Below, piece by piece: positions 24,801 through 39,044 of a stretch of DNA of 64,000 nucleotides. The number at the start of each line of letters is the position of its first letter. Within the stretch, counting starts at the first letter, position 1. The DNA is from Botryllus schlosseri. Lineage: Eukaryota. The position numbers were made by a program, and so were the translations under genes. The notes below the pieces were generated by a model, which saw nothing but the letters and a program-made list of their open reading frames with translations, had not been told where the DNA came from and searched no databases. The DNA is taken from contig CM119372.1 in NCBI GenBank assembly GCA_051294905.1, positions 186,001 to 250,000 on the forward strand, read 5' to 3'.

Positions 24801-27800
24801 TACAAGTAAGAGAAAATTTCACCCGTAAAAGTTACCCCAAATTACATAATACTTTTCAAAATCCAGAGTTTGAAATGTAAGAGATGTTGGTGAAAAAAGC
24901 CGTGAAATGAAGTGCAAGTGATGCGTAACGTAATCACTCGAGTGCGCAGTGCGAGTGGGCAAAATTTACTTTAGTGCTCGCAAATTAAGAACTTGCTGTT
25001 AAAAAATCAAGTTTTTGCTAAAATGGTTTGACTGGGTAAAATAACATTGTTTACGAAATCTGGCTCAATCCTAACGAGTAGAAGTGAAGCTACCAAAGAT
25101 TGAAAATTTTGAGTTTATTATATAAAAAAATTCAAATAATTTTGAAACCCCATGAAATTATTGAGTTGTCTAGTAAAACGACGCACAAACAAATTTAGCA
25201 CAATTTTCTTCAACCGGTAGAAACGAAGCTATTGGAGTTGAAAATCTTGAATTTGAAAAATAGTATTTACAGTAATCAAAGTATTATGAATGAAAAACTC
25301 GATCACTTCACTTCTGCAGGTTGGAATTTCGTCAAATTTCTGTAGCATCGTTTTGGTAGACAGCTCAATGATTTTATGGGTTAGCCCGTAAACTTTGAAA
25401 AAAAACTAAATAAAAAATCTTCCAACTCGAATAGCTTCACTTTTACTCATTGGAATTGAGCTGAATTTGGTGCACAATGTTTTTAGGCAACCTAACAATT
25501 TTACACTGTTAGAGAGATTGGTAAATTTTACATCTATTTAAGCTATAGTTAATAGCCGCAAAAATTGGAAATATTTTATTTTTGAACAATCCTACTGTCC
25601 GCCTCTGCTTGGAGCAGTGGTTCTCAAACTGGGGTGCGCCCCCCCCCCCTCCCTGGAGGGCGTGGAAGCATCTGAAGGGGGGCCGAAGCTGCGGTAAACT
25701 TTTTTTCGCGCTTTGCGCGATTTACCTTTAAGTCATAGTTATTGCTCTGTGCATACTCTTAATTTCATATTGGAGAATTCTCTCATCAAAAGTCATAGCC
25801 TTCCATGCCATCAAAATATCTGTTGGGATTGCTTGCCTTCTGGTTGTATTTTTTTGATATGACGATTAGGGGGCGCGAAATTTTCCACTATCATGAAGGA
25901 AAAAGTTTGAGAACCACTGGGTCAGAGTCAAATAATATGGAAACGTAGGACTGCGTTTCGAATGCGAATCATGGAGGGTTGATGATGAATCACTTCTTGA
26001 ATGTGAGAGATCATGAGATTTCTAAAAAGAGGTCGAGATTTTTTATCACTCCTTACCCTCTCCCGCGCTGTCGCTACAATATGAAGTCACGATTGGACTC
26101 AGATTGAATAAATGGGAGTGTTGATGGTTTTGCTGTAGGATTTGCGCGCGTTTTGCGTCCCTCGGATTGTTCATGATCGACTGGCTGATGCTTCTTCTCG
26201 TGTGTGAATGACCTGACATCGTCGCACGTTATCGTAACAAAGAAGAGTGTCCGTCTAGTTTTCTACCAAGACCGGAATGCGTTAGTGTAATTGGTGAAAC
26301 GTTTCCATGCTTTCATTTTCATTCTAATGTCATTTTTGGTTTTCCTGACAATGTTACAGGAGAACTGTATCGCGCAAAACAAGTCAAGCTTGCTGTACAG
26401 ACATTTATCATTCTCGTGCGTATGAAAATCAACTCTGCTGATTTAATATGAACCGAACTTGATTTTTGTTGTATTTATTTCTAGTTGGAAATTTAATTCA
26501 ATGTCCTAATTGTTGTGAATTCAATGATTCAGCCGCAACAGCCGCAACTGCAATATAATTTTCAAGAGTTCTCGTACAAAATAGACAGCTTCAAATTAAT
26601 TCCTACCTTTTTCGTCACGGTTCGGCGCGCCGGCCCCCGGTTTTCCAAACGGGTCGTATGTCCACATTTCGTTCTCTCGCGCTTTATCGATCCGCTTCAT
26701 TTTTTCTTCGTTTTCTCGCTTAATTTCTCGCAATCCGTCTGCAAGGAATGTTTGTCTGAAAATCGCTTGAACCGGATTGGAAATCGGATTTCATGATTTT
26801 GACCGGATTTCGATCTTCAATAAATTATTCTTAAAGCTGGATTTTCCTTCGGATGAAAAATTTCTGATACTTTTCCATTCTCCTGACACTTTTGAACAAA
26901 ACTGAACCATGATCGGAGTTGGATTTACAAAAGAAATTGTGGGTTTGGATTAGAAATATGACATATCAGTACTCGGTCACTTGAACACGGGACCAACCCA
27001 GTTCTTCCTTGTATGCGCGCGCAGTCTCCCTGCTGACCGCGTACCTCCTCATCTGGTCGTCCTCGTATCGTCGGATTTTGGGACGTTCTCTCGCTGCGGG
27101 TTTTCGCAAAGGTAGAGAGTCAGACACGGAAGGTTCCATTACCAGACCCACCCCATCTTTCGATTGGATAGACCGAGATATCGCCACCTTGCCGCTCTGA
27201 AAAACATGTTCGTGACACTGCGGTACTAGTTGGTTGACGGTCAGTCAAGTTATAATCGTGGATTGTGAAAAGTGGAAAGTTCTATTTCAGGTTGCGAGTT
27301 TTGAAAATTGAGTATATCTAGTTCTAGTTGCGTATATTTTGATATCGAACAATTGCCGCTCTGACGCTCTGAAAACATGGTCGTCACACTCGTATAAAAA
27401 CAATCTAGTTATTTGACGCTTAACTAACCACTGGTCTTTTGAGTGGTTCTAATTCTAGTTGAGAGTTTTGAAAAGTTAGTAGTTCTAGTCCAGGGGCGGC
27501 CAACCCGTGCCCCGCAGGCTAAATGCGCCCTACGAGAAGGTTTTGAGTGGCCCGCGAGGTAATTCTCGAAATTTGATACAATATTAAAAAATAAATTACC
27601 CTGGTAATTCATTGTGAAGTTGCAAGATCAACGGAAAATTTGATTAGCCTGACCGCGAACTTTGGGATTTGGATGGCTAAAATGTCACTTCCGACGCATT
27701 GGCCTAGCCAGGGATCATCCATATTTTTCGTTGATCTTCGTACATGACCATAAAGTAGAATTTGTGGCTGATTTATTCGACCCGATATTTTTCTTAGCAC

Positions 27801-30800
27801 TTCGCGCAGTGTTTCGTAAATCTCATGTGGACCTAGCTGCAAATTTGGAAAAATGACTGTAGTTGTAGTTCTCTAGTTTTACCCGCCAGTTTTGAGAAGT
27901 AAGTAGTTCTAGTTGCGAGCTCATAAACATGAGTAGTTATACTTCTAATTACCTGAGATCGTCAAAGTAGTCACTGTCGGTACTTAAGTAGAAATAGAAG
28001 TGACGCCGTAAATTTCTACCCAAGTAGATGCAGTGGTTTACAAGAAAGTAGAAAGGCAAGTATTCTAGGCCCAGTTTTGAGGAAGTAGTGCAAGTAGGTA
28101 GTATCTGCTTGAAGTGCTTTGAAAAGTATAGATACTTCGGTGCTGTTGGACACCTTCCTACCTTTTCATCGTATCGTAGACTTTGTGATGTTGTGAAATG
28201 ATAAAATTATTAATAATAAACTGATATTGACACTGGCGCTATAGTGGACACTTCTATGACGCCTACCCTCGGGGCTCCGTATCCAGGTTTTCCGAACGGG
28301 AAATAGTCTTTCAGCTGTTGCAAATCCTCTTCCCTTTCCTGCCTCTTGCGAACTTCCTGCATCTTGCGCGACTCCTTATGCAACCTGATGAAGTCCGCCT
28401 GTTCGTCGGCCTGCCTTTTCTGGCGTCGAATCTCGGCGGAACTGTAAAAACGTACCAAATTCCTACAAGTCCGCGACTCGACACCAAAAATAACATCACG
28501 TTTTGTTTAACATTCTCAGGTTGATTCGATTCTCGCGTCTCTCGGCGTCTGACAGCTCGCGAACATTTTCGGATCCGAAGGTGAAACCTCTAGCCGGAGT
28601 CGGAGGAAAAACCGGATTCCCTGGAATATTATTGCTGCAGTACAATTCTCAGTTTAGGTCAAAATTGAGTATCTTAGTGATTCGATTCTGAATCGAATAA
28701 GGCTTCTGGCCGAATATTCACCAGAGGTGGTCTGTAACGAAGTAATTCTACTTTTCGAAGTATTTCAGGAAGATTTTGCTTACTTGCACGACATAAATTC
28801 ATCGTTTTCACTTTTTGAGGCAGAACTAGACAAAGTACTTGCTTTTTCAATGGCTTGGAAATATCTACTTCTACAGCAATCGAAAGAATCATCTCTAACT
28901 CGATTCAGATTCGATTACCAAAATCATCGTGCCTAGGTAGGATGAACAGAGATTTCTATAGGACTCCAGATAATGATGATATTGCACTAATAAAGACACA
29001 TTTCGTTTCTAAGTGTCACATTCCTCATTGTTTAGCTTTAGCTAATCGCTTGTAAGGGGCTGTGGGTTTGCAAAATCAATTCGATGTCACAGTTGTATCT
29101 TGACAACCAGCGTATCACCCGCTGAGAAATGCGGTTGTGTAAACACAGCGTACTGATGGCAGCGATGGTTTTGTTTACATAGTTGACTCAAAACCAAGTG
29201 GTGTGCTCTTAACAGAAGTAGAATGTATCTCATCCCAAATGGCGATGCGATTCAATTAAATTTTTGTGAAGAGACCGCGTAAAATGGACAGAAGTAACTA
29301 AATTCTATTGGCAATTTTATAAAATTGTTACGGTATCTGAAAAAACGATGAACTACAAATTTGACTCCTAACACATTTGAATGAAATATTCATATTTATT
29401 CCCGAAGCTTTACGGCTGACCCTCGTCAGGGGATCTCGTCAGCAATATTGCGAGAATTCGAATAACTATGCTCAACAACAATATATGTCGCTAATTATGA
29501 CGTCGCACATGAAATATATTAAGTTAGAAAAACGAGAGAACTGTATAGCGTTGGCATGGAGATAGCGTAGCAAAACAAGTTAATGCGCGATTTTGAAATG
29601 ATACACAAATTCCTTCAGTTGGCATAGACTAGGTTTACTCATAGTGATGATGGTGGACTCAAGAACAGACAAATGAAATAAATTGCGACCCTTAGCCAAT
29701 AAAGAGAACATGTCCTCCTGATAGTTAGCAGCACATGTATGATTTTCTAGTAAATGTTTGCCGATAGAAGACTTTTCACCCGTAGCCTGATTATGTTCGA
29801 GAACAGCGGATTGTTAGGTTGCGATTTCGAGAAATAAGATTTGACAGACGGTGGAATGTGTTCTTTGATACGGTCCTGCAACCGTTTGGAAGTTCTCCCT
29901 GCGTATCGACAATCGCAGTGGCACTTGAATTCATAAATTACGTTACTTTGTTGTAAAGCCGGGAAAACGTCCTTTCGAAATTTATGAAAATACATCAGCC
30001 CAAGCTTTGTCAACAAAAGGAGTTCCTGTACAATCTTAAAATAGTACACTGATCGACCTCTTATTTGAGATCTCATTTTATGCTGGTGACGTCATATTTC
30101 GAGATACGATTGTTGATAGACAATGTTCTTTCCAATTCTCTACTAGTTGCTGACGATTACCCCTGATGAGTGTCAGCCGAAAATATTTTGGTTTATTTCA
30201 ATATGAATATACTGTTCAATTGTATACTGAACTTCTACTTGAGTACGCATATTGACTACTTTGGTAACCTCCCACCGTAAATACTACTTTTTGGAACCCA
30301 AAATGTTATGCTCTAATAACTTTGCTGTTTCGGGTCGGAATTCGTGCCAAAACACGTCGTTTTTTTAGACAGCCTATCAATTCCATGGGGTAGCCCGTAA
30401 AACTTGAAAACGAATTTTTCTTGTACTTTTCAAAGTACTCCAAGTAGATATGGACCTGCGTTACTTCTAATTCTACTTGAACACCGATGGTACATTGACC
30501 ACCTTACTTGTCACGCTCTTAGTTTTGTAAAGTAGAAAGTAGTTTTGAGATATGTTTTCATCACCTTTATCAGTACTTGAGTAAGTTTTGGCAACTTGCA
30601 CTAGCTACACGAGTGGTCAAGTTTTTAAACTACTTCGACTTTGACAGGTTAAAATTACTTACTTATTGCACTTTTGATTTTGTAAAATGTAGTTTTTGAA
30701 CACACCTCTGACTAGAGAATTAGGAAGCGGGAATTTTTTCTCTCCTTCTCGATTCCCAATCGCCCCCGTAATGGGAATTCTCGGCTGCCGGAGATCGTAA

Positions 30801-30815
30801 AGATATCCGCGATAT
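21810..30815 (-). CDS. 13+ exon gene for a charged coiled-coil protein with repeated (F/W)G(K/R)PGxGAP motifs, CSPP1-like; 5' exon(s) not located
   Basis: Phase-consistent exons (plus coordinates, transcription order): 30706-30815, 28500-28620, 28267-28441, 26998-27196, 26607-26738, 26057-26212, 23831-23917, 23564-23776, 23151-23355, 22955-23027, 22254-22411, 21912-21990, 21810-21854. About 583 codons, ending APWAIDS*. Motifs YFPFGKPGYGAP, YDPFGKPGAGAP and APWGRPGAGAPLKDDQGNV resemble the PWGKGGGGAPLRD motif I recall from CSPP1. Confidence 0.75.
29377..30225 (-). mobile_element. Penelope-like element relic (GIY-YIG endonuclease and pLTRs)
   Basis: NVIYEFKCHCDCRYAGRTSKRLQDRIKEH, then in another frame SSIGKHLL...LESTII...PSLC; pLTR-like ends related to 8010-8890. 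Confidence 0.85.
30149..30191 (+). ncRNA. Minimal hammerhead motif, slightly degenerate
   Basis: CCC-CTGATGA-GTGTCAGCC-GAAA-ATAT-TT-TGG. Confidence 0.55.
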
Positions 30816-31115
30816 CTGCAATGAAGGACAATTGCCAGCAGGATTGTGTAATGACTCGAAAATACAGAAACATATGAAAAATTACCCGACTTGAGTCAAT
30901 TTCTGTATTTAATTCTAGTCTCTTTTATCAGTACCGATACTGGAAAAATAGGACCTAAAAGTGCATTTTATCCGATTGAATAATCATGTTGAGAGTGAGA
31001 AAAATGAGTATATTATAAATGCGAGGCCCTCGATATCGCCAAAGTAGACTTGAACAACCAGAGAATTTTCAGTTTTTCCAAATTGTTTCCAAAGATTAGA
31101 ATTACAATTATAGCT

Positions 31116-31155
31116 CAGGGATATCTAGAACTTCTAGAAGTTCCAGATATCCCTG
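31116..31155. mobile_element. 40-bp hairpin MITE
   Basis: CAGGGATATCTAGAACTTCT|AGAAGTTCCAGATATCCCTG (1 mismatch), flanked by 8-bp TSD TTATAGCT. Confidence 0.8.
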
Positions 31156-31503
31156 TTATAGCTAAACTGTTTTTTCGAACTTAAACTCGAATTCGAATGA
31201 TAACTAGACAGTTTCTTTCAAATTTACCTATAATGAGCAGGATAGTTACACAGATTTCTTTCAAATAAAATTAGAATTAGAGTTACATTTTCGCTAAAAT
31301 TTGGATATTGAATCCAGTAAAGTTCATATCGAATCAGAGTTGATTCTCATAAGCATGATAATAGCAAATGTCTGTAGAGCTATAGGGTTGCATTTGGAAC
31401 AAACAATGTTTTAAAACACGTTGTTTAAAACATGTATTAAACAGCGTTATAAACAAATGCCGTTTTTTACAAAAACAATTTTTTTTTTTCAAACGTCTAG
31501 TAA

Positions 31504-32215
31504 CACTGGTCAACACATATTTTTAGGCAGACAAAGTAAGAGTGGTTTTGGGGGGTTCTTAGGGGCACTGATTCCAAATATGACCTTAGTTTTTCCAAAT
31601 TGGCTCTTGTTGTAGAGATAACCCATGGGGATATTTTGACCAACATCCCCCATTTTCGCGGTAGTGACTAGAGATATAAAATCGGCTCAGTCGTACTATA
31701 AAGTTTAGAAAATCAATCTACTTGATATTTTTACACGCAGAAGACCCTTTTAAATCAAAATACAGCAACAGCACTATATTTAGGGGTAATAGATTTATCA
31801 TAGTTACAGATTTTCGCGGATTCATGTACATAAATAGACTCCACTCATGTACATAAGTATTTACCTAGATACTCAAATAACGTGGCATTAATTCAATCAG
31901 TATTACGTCAACCACCTATTGTAAATTTGAAATAATCAGTTGGAATATAATATTATTGATATATTTTAAATCAAAATTGTTTTTTTGTAAGATTTTCGCC
32001 TGTAAGCTATTTAGTGCAGTTTCTTGAAAGGTTCCGGCAATGGTCCGACATAATATGTTCAATAGTTCATCTCATCTGCCCTGATATCTTTCTTTTGTTG
32101 TTCTGATGTCTTGGTAGAACCTCTCCCTTTGCTAATCAACAAGATGATCAGGAAATATATCAAGATTTCTGAACAGGAAGTGAACTTTTATGCTCATGTT
32201 TGTGCTCAAGTTGCC
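31504..32215 (-). mobile_element. Chapaev3-like DNA transposon 3' relic
   Basis: TAA followed by a CACTGGTCAAC end; minus-strand remnant KVHFLFRNLDIFPDHL...ERFYQDI...ERYQGR resembles the KIHFL..HLD.FP.NL...ERFHQDI...RYQG signature. Confidence 0.65.
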
Positions 32216-34128
32216 GATTTTCAAACTTTGAGGTGTATTTCAAGGAGGTTCCATTGCCCTGGTTAGATTTTAATGTATATTTTCGGAATCAGTGCGACAG
32301 TAGCTTTCAAATAAGATCAACTTTATTGAATTTAAGCACGCGGGTCGTCCGCTATGGGATTAGCAATTATGTTGCGTTCAGATTGCTGAGCAGTAATTCC
32401 CTCCGGGCAAGCAAGCGTGACGACGGGTGTTGCGTATCCATCCGTAGGTTAGTTATCTATAGTTGCACAATGCACACCCAGATGAGCGACTAGCTTTCGA
32501 ATTATATATCTTGATGATGTCATCTAAAAATGTAGCAAGTTTCAAGATTGCCACTAACTGATTAGGGTAGGGTAGTAGTTTCCTTATCAAAGTCGAGTAT
32601 CTATAAATGTGATATGCCATCTAACCTCCGGTAAATATTGTTGCGATTGTTTCGCTGCGATTGACCAAATGGACTATACATTCAGTCGAGCGTGACCTAA
32701 AAATGGGAAAACGGGAGTTTCCGTTTCACAGTCACATTCGATAATAACATTATTTACATATAATTTTATATCAAATCAATGCACCACAAGATTGCAATAT
32801 AATGAAAAGATAGAAGGGCGCCGAAAAGTCTTGGGGTGGTCTTCAATCAGAAACTCACCTTGGCCTACAGCAGAGGTCTCAAACTCAAATGTGCTCGCGG
32901 GCCAATTTCCTAGTTTTTGATGACGCCGCGGACCGCAGCATCAATAATAGGGATAGGCTATTCAATGTATAATTTCCAAGTAGGCCTTATTTGTCGGGAC
33001 GTTGCAGACAAGCATTCCACAAACATCGTGGATATGTAATTTACTATTGTATTATTCACGCTTGACACGGAAAAAAATCACATGTATTATATTTGAATAA
33101 AATTGTTTTTGTGCCGGGCATAATTTTTTTTTAATTAATGAGTTATAGACATCATACGAGAGGATGCATCATGACATCGTAAAACTGTCGGATTATAATA
33201 TTGCAGCTATGCTAGTGGACCTTTGATGTGCCACAATTTTATGTAGAATATTTTAAAATATACTGAAGATTGATCTCATATCAGAGCATTTGAGCGGTTT
33301 AGCTTAGTACTGGTTTTGATATAGTCGTGAGGCTATTGTTACTGTCATTGCCAAAGTCAAACTGAATCAGCGTTAGATTTTGGCTTCGATTATTATTGGA
33401 ACATATCAATAGCAACTTAAATATAATTGCTTTTTAACCTTTTTAGCGATCTAACCCCTCGTGCTTCCAATGAGATGTCTCCTGTCTATTTTCAACACAA
33501 TTTCTGATGCCCATTCACATAAAATCGCGCGTAGCGCGACGACTATTTTCTAGTTGAATAGATTGGTCCAGAAAATATATTCCGCAGCATATAGGGCTAA
33601 TTCCACAATGCATCTCGTACACCCTGATGTGGTGCTTCGTACCCCGATGGGGTCTACGGACCCTGGTTAGGAACCCCTGGAATAGACATGTCCAATCGGC
33701 GAAGAATTCATTGGTGTTACAGCTGTAGAGCTTACAAATATCTTATTCGCCACCGATAATAACATGGATAAAGAGAAAAAACAACACCCAGCATGTAACC
33801 AACTATACGTCACGGGGGTCACAGAATGCAACTGGTTGCAATACTGGCCTGATTAGATAGCTATATACCCTACGCAACGAAAGTTACCACCTTTTGATAT
33901 CTTACTATTTCCCATGACAGTTTCATAGATTGTTGCGTCCGTAGGATTACCAAGTCACCGTTCCGAGTCGCAAGTCCTTCTCTGATTTGAACATTTGACC
34001 CGACTCAACTCGAGTCATTTTTATTTAATCACCTAGTCAATCCGAAATCGAGTAACTTTACGAGAAGGTCGCACCAAACCAAATCACAATTTTCAGTCAC
34101 GAAAGTAGTAGGTATGATCGGTCGCGAA

Positions 34129-34430
34129 CTAACATGGGCTCTTATGGGCCCGCTCGCATGTCGCCGCGAAACTCGTGTTGGCATATCGCGCTTTTAGACC
34201 CCCCCCCCTTCCGCTGGCACATCGCCATTGGTTCTTATGGGTGCGTTCGCATGTCGCACTTTCAGGTATAGTCATCTCTCGCACATCGCATGGAAAACTC
34301 GTGTTGGCACATCGCACTTTTAGGTATAGGCATCTCTCGCACATCGCATGGAAACTCGTGGTCGCATTCGCCATGTGTTCTTATGGATGCGTCGACATAT
34401 CGCCCTTTCGGGTATAGGCAACTGTCGCAC
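34129..34430. repeat. Subterminal degenerate repeats of the Polinton-like end (mirror at ~49595-49895)
   Basis: Recurring GCACATCGC, AAACTCGTGTTGGCA, TCTTATGGG and AGGTATAG modules. Confidence 0.75.
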
Positions 34431-35764
34431 GGTGTTGAATATGTATCAAGTAAATAGTCATGTGAATGAAACTTTGTTAATGTGTATATCGTAAATTATT
34501 AAATATGATATAGTTTAGTCGTGACAAATGACCGATCGTGTTCTAAGTCTTTCCTCGCTATTGATTCCTACGTAACCTGAATAGTACTTTCCGATCGGAT
34601 TATTCGCACCTTGTATACCGCTGTTTCGCACCTACAGAATAGTCTGCTGTTCACAGTCGTGACTTCACCGCGATAGCGCAATTTTCGAATCAGTCGCATG
34701 GTAATGTTTTGCTATTTAGTTTACCACAGAGCCGGTGTAGACGACGACGATTCGAATACCAACAATAGCCGCGTTCACATACTAACACTCCAAAAAGGTG
34801 TGAAATATTTCCTACGACCACTCACAAGATAGCACATCAGAATAGTCATCTCTCGTGGTTTGATGTTACAAAGATAGGGATCACGCACAAGTAATATTTT
34901 GGTAATAAGTTTGTCACATAACCGGCGCTTCCAATACCAACAATAGCCGCGTTCACATATTAACACTCCAAATAGGTGTGAAATAGTTTGCAAACCAGGC
35001 GATCGCTGACAAGATAATGTCTCAGACATACGCGACTTGATGTTACAGGCATATCGATCGCTCACGCGGTGAAATTTTCGTAAGCAGTTTGTCACAGAAC
35101 TCGTAAAGATTTAATAAGTAACGAATAACAGACCGCCAGTGTCGGTAACTTGAATAGCGACAAATTGTCACTTATTTCTACTCTAACCCTAATCCTTTGT
35201 GAAGTGTACGCTTATTCAAAAAGGTGCGAAATAATTCTAAAATCCTACGATCGCTCACAAGATAACACCTATAAGACATAACCATCTCTCGTGACTTGTG
35301 GTTACATACATTGCAATCGCTACAATGTAATATGTTGGTAGTTTGGTGCAGAACTGGATTTCACGAGTCTGATATAATATGAATATTACCTATTAAGTAA
35401 TAAGCACCGAATAACAGAACCGTCGCAGACGGTGACTTGAATATCCAAGATTTGATACTTTCCGCGATCGCTATATGTTTCACGTTCACTTTAGTTGTAT
35501 GACAAGAATCATGCGAATATTCAAGCAATGTATCAATTTGACAACTTGAAATGAAACTTACTACACAGCTCAAGTTGATTCGTATCTGAATGTGTTAATC
35601 CGGTACAATTCTAATTAATTTGAGAAATCTTTTTAACGTGATCTTTTGATTCGATCGTAACCTGAATATTACTGACGCCGACTTTCAGTCACATTGAATT
35701 ATTCACACATTCGCGCCGCTGTTTTCACGCCTATAGAATCAATACCAACTATAACTCTACAAGA

Positions 35765-37515
35765 ATCAAGAATCACAAGTATGTGCATTATACAGTTATT
35801 GTCGTTGTCAACTTCAAATCAAACTCTTAATACAAACACGCATCTTATCACTTGTCAACTCTATCATGAAAATCCTCGAACCTGTATTATTAAGAATGTT
35901 ATAGTACGGCGTCGGAATCCACTCGCGAGATGTACTAAAGGTAAATTGAGATCACCCAAAATGAAATATTTGGACTTTGACATAGTCTGAATTGCAATAG
36001 ATTGACAAACATGACTACCAACTTTCAACCCATACATATTTAGAGATTATGCGCATGTTGATTTGAAACAAGTAATGACCATACAACTCTATTCACGACT
36101 GAGTTTTCCGTTTGTCAAATAGAGTTTCAGTAAATAATTTCACTATACTATCATGATATTCAAATGTGTTACTACACACAATAGAATCAATCAATGAAAT
36201 AGCACCTGTTGTAAATATTTCTTACTTGACAACCACTTGTACATACCGCGATCGAGTTGCGACACGATGAGTTAAATCGGAATATTTCCATCTATTTGTC
36301 GAAACCTTGTACAAGCTATCTGGTTATTTTTTCGTTGCAATTGAGTTAACGGAAATAGTATTACGTCTCGACATCTTACCATCTTACCATACTCCAAAAA
36401 GCCAACAAGGAAAAACCTAGTCAAGTAAATCGTTTGTAACTCACCCAATCAACTCAAACAGTATCAGTATGAAAACAGTCAAGCATACACGAGTCCATAC
36501 AATCGCCACAATCTAAAATCCATAGCAAGTTCGGTTTTAGACATATACCGTCAACTCGTCTTTTTTGTTCAACTGTAAAAGTCGTTACTATTCTGCGAGA
36601 CAAAGAAATTACTATGCGGTATATTTTGTAAGATAAAAGTAATTACTTCTCGGCGCCGGCGACTTGAGATTAACATAATATGTTTGAGTATGCGAGATTT
36701 GAAAGTCTGCCCAACATGTTGAGAATTCATTTCTTACAATCGAACGCAGGTGTTATATTGAAAATTATCATGATGTAAACATAAGGATTGACACATTGAT
36801 TTGACGTATGTAATAGTTGATCACGACTTGATTATTAAATTATTCGCGTTAATTAGACCCGCGTTGTGTTGAAAGTTATGACAGCAACAAACTTTTCGGA
36901 AACATTGTTATTAACATATTGATTTGTAAAACTATACTTGTCTGAAATGTTCTTGATTTGGAAGATATTCCGTGTTGGTACAAATCACTCTGCGTATTGC
37001 GGATATCAGCAAATATTTTACAAATGTAATTGTTTCCAGTACCCAAGACTAAAGATGAAACAACAATTTAGTTTGCTGATAAACAACCGGTACAATACTT
37101 TATCATCATAATCCGCGGTGAGAATTGAAACACTTTCGCGCATTACACGATGTCAAGATATCACACTAGGTGAATTGGCATACCGCCGCTTGAATAATAC
37201 CTAATCCGTTCGCACCATTTCACATACTTTGATCATTACCAAAGTAAATTGTGATATGTTTGTTAGATGCATCCAATTCAGTTAGAAATGTCTGGTGCAC
37301 AACAATCGTAATATCAAAAAAGTACTTGCTACACTGTTATTTGCTAAACGTGTTTTGCATTGTTGTTCATTTGTAGTATTGATTGAAATTGTTCTTGAAC
37401 CCTCAAATAATAATTCCTGACATGAAACCAAGCCGCTCAAAGTCGTTACCATCACGAAGATACAATGTGTACGATGTTTGTCAAATGAGTCCTACCTGGC
37501 CAACAGAAAACAATT
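35765..37515 (-). pseudogene. Mirror copy of the probable decayed pPolB, left arm
   Basis: Reverse complement of 46510-48260 within the palindrome. Confidence 0.45.
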
Positions 37516-39044
37516 TTCACTCACTCGAAATGAAACCAATGTGATGGTCTCCAAACGATATTTTGTTTGTGTCAAATACTTTGCAATGAACACATTTGCG
37601 TGGTTGAGCTTTACATCATCAAGCTGTTATTTGTAAATCAAGATTTCGGTAAACTTGTAAATGTATCGTTTAACTAACCGACATTTAGTGATTGGGGAAC
37701 ATACCAGACGATACACACCCATCTCCGAAATACTGCATTGATCTTAATTTCCATCATCGTGATAATCGAAGTACATTTCTTTCGAATTCGTAACAACCGA
37801 CTATGACATGATAAATTTTTGACAAGTTATGCTTGGAAGATTGGTTGCATATCGCGAAAAAAATAATATACCACTCATATTGATACTGTTACTCCATTGA
37901 TCGATATTTTCAAACGAGTAAAATTTATTACTTGAGTGTCCCCGCTTAATGTAAATGAAAACTCAGCCGTCTTTTAACATCACAAAGACATTGATAAAAA
38001 GTAGGCAATCAAACACAACACTTTGTACGACACTAATTATTGTTCCACACATCTCATTTCATACTAAATGTATACGAAAGATATTCATGACACATGAAAA
38101 TATTCCCATGCTACAAACCTGTACAATGATCGGTGGTGCTTTCAAACTGTTTCGATATCACAAGAACTTTATTGTCTGAATGGGTGTTCATGTATCTTAA
38201 TAATCAAATAGTTCAACACAGAACTAGTACGAACAGAAACATCAGAGTTGTTTACACAAAAGTTTGTATGTGCACAGTATGCGAATACCATGTGTAAGTC
38301 CAGCACAATTGCGGTATCCATCCGAGTTTAGTTAACGCAAATTTATTACAACGAGCCACGTAAACTTTCGTGAAAGAAAAGCATAGTCACTTCCAGAGGG
38401 TTATGTCAACGCCATAGCAGTAAATCAGCTACTCCAACAAGAAAGTACATATGTTTTCTAGTCACGGTCCTTACATCTTTCACATAGATCAATCTACTTT
38501 GCTAACGAAAAGTGCTGAGTCATCACATGATTGCCCTCACAACAAAACAGCTAGAAGATATTATCATACAAAAATATTCCTAACCCTTTGCGCACCAGTG
38601 ACAAATCATACAACAAACATTTTTTGTGAGTCGAATTGTTGTTCAGTGTCAAGTCTACCTGCTGAAACGTACATTAAAACAACACAGTCACAATTCAATT
38701 AAAACCACGAATCTATTTTCATTTCGTCACATACAGAAAAATAAATTTTCTTTCCCCAACACATACTTGTAACCAATCGCTTTCATTAAACACACAACTC
38801 CATAAAAGTATGTACTTTCTACAACATAGACATTCCGACGTAGTCAAGAAATATTTTTATTAATCAAAATCATCGACTTCTGTTTACGGTGTTAGTGTGT
38901 GCATGTCATACACGTGGGGCCCGTATTAAAATGGACACGACACAACTGAATGTAAGGAGATAGAAGTCTATCGCATAGATTTACATGTGGTCTTCGCTAC
39001 GGTTTCAAAAAAAAACGAATCATCTCTTTTGCATTGATCTAGAC

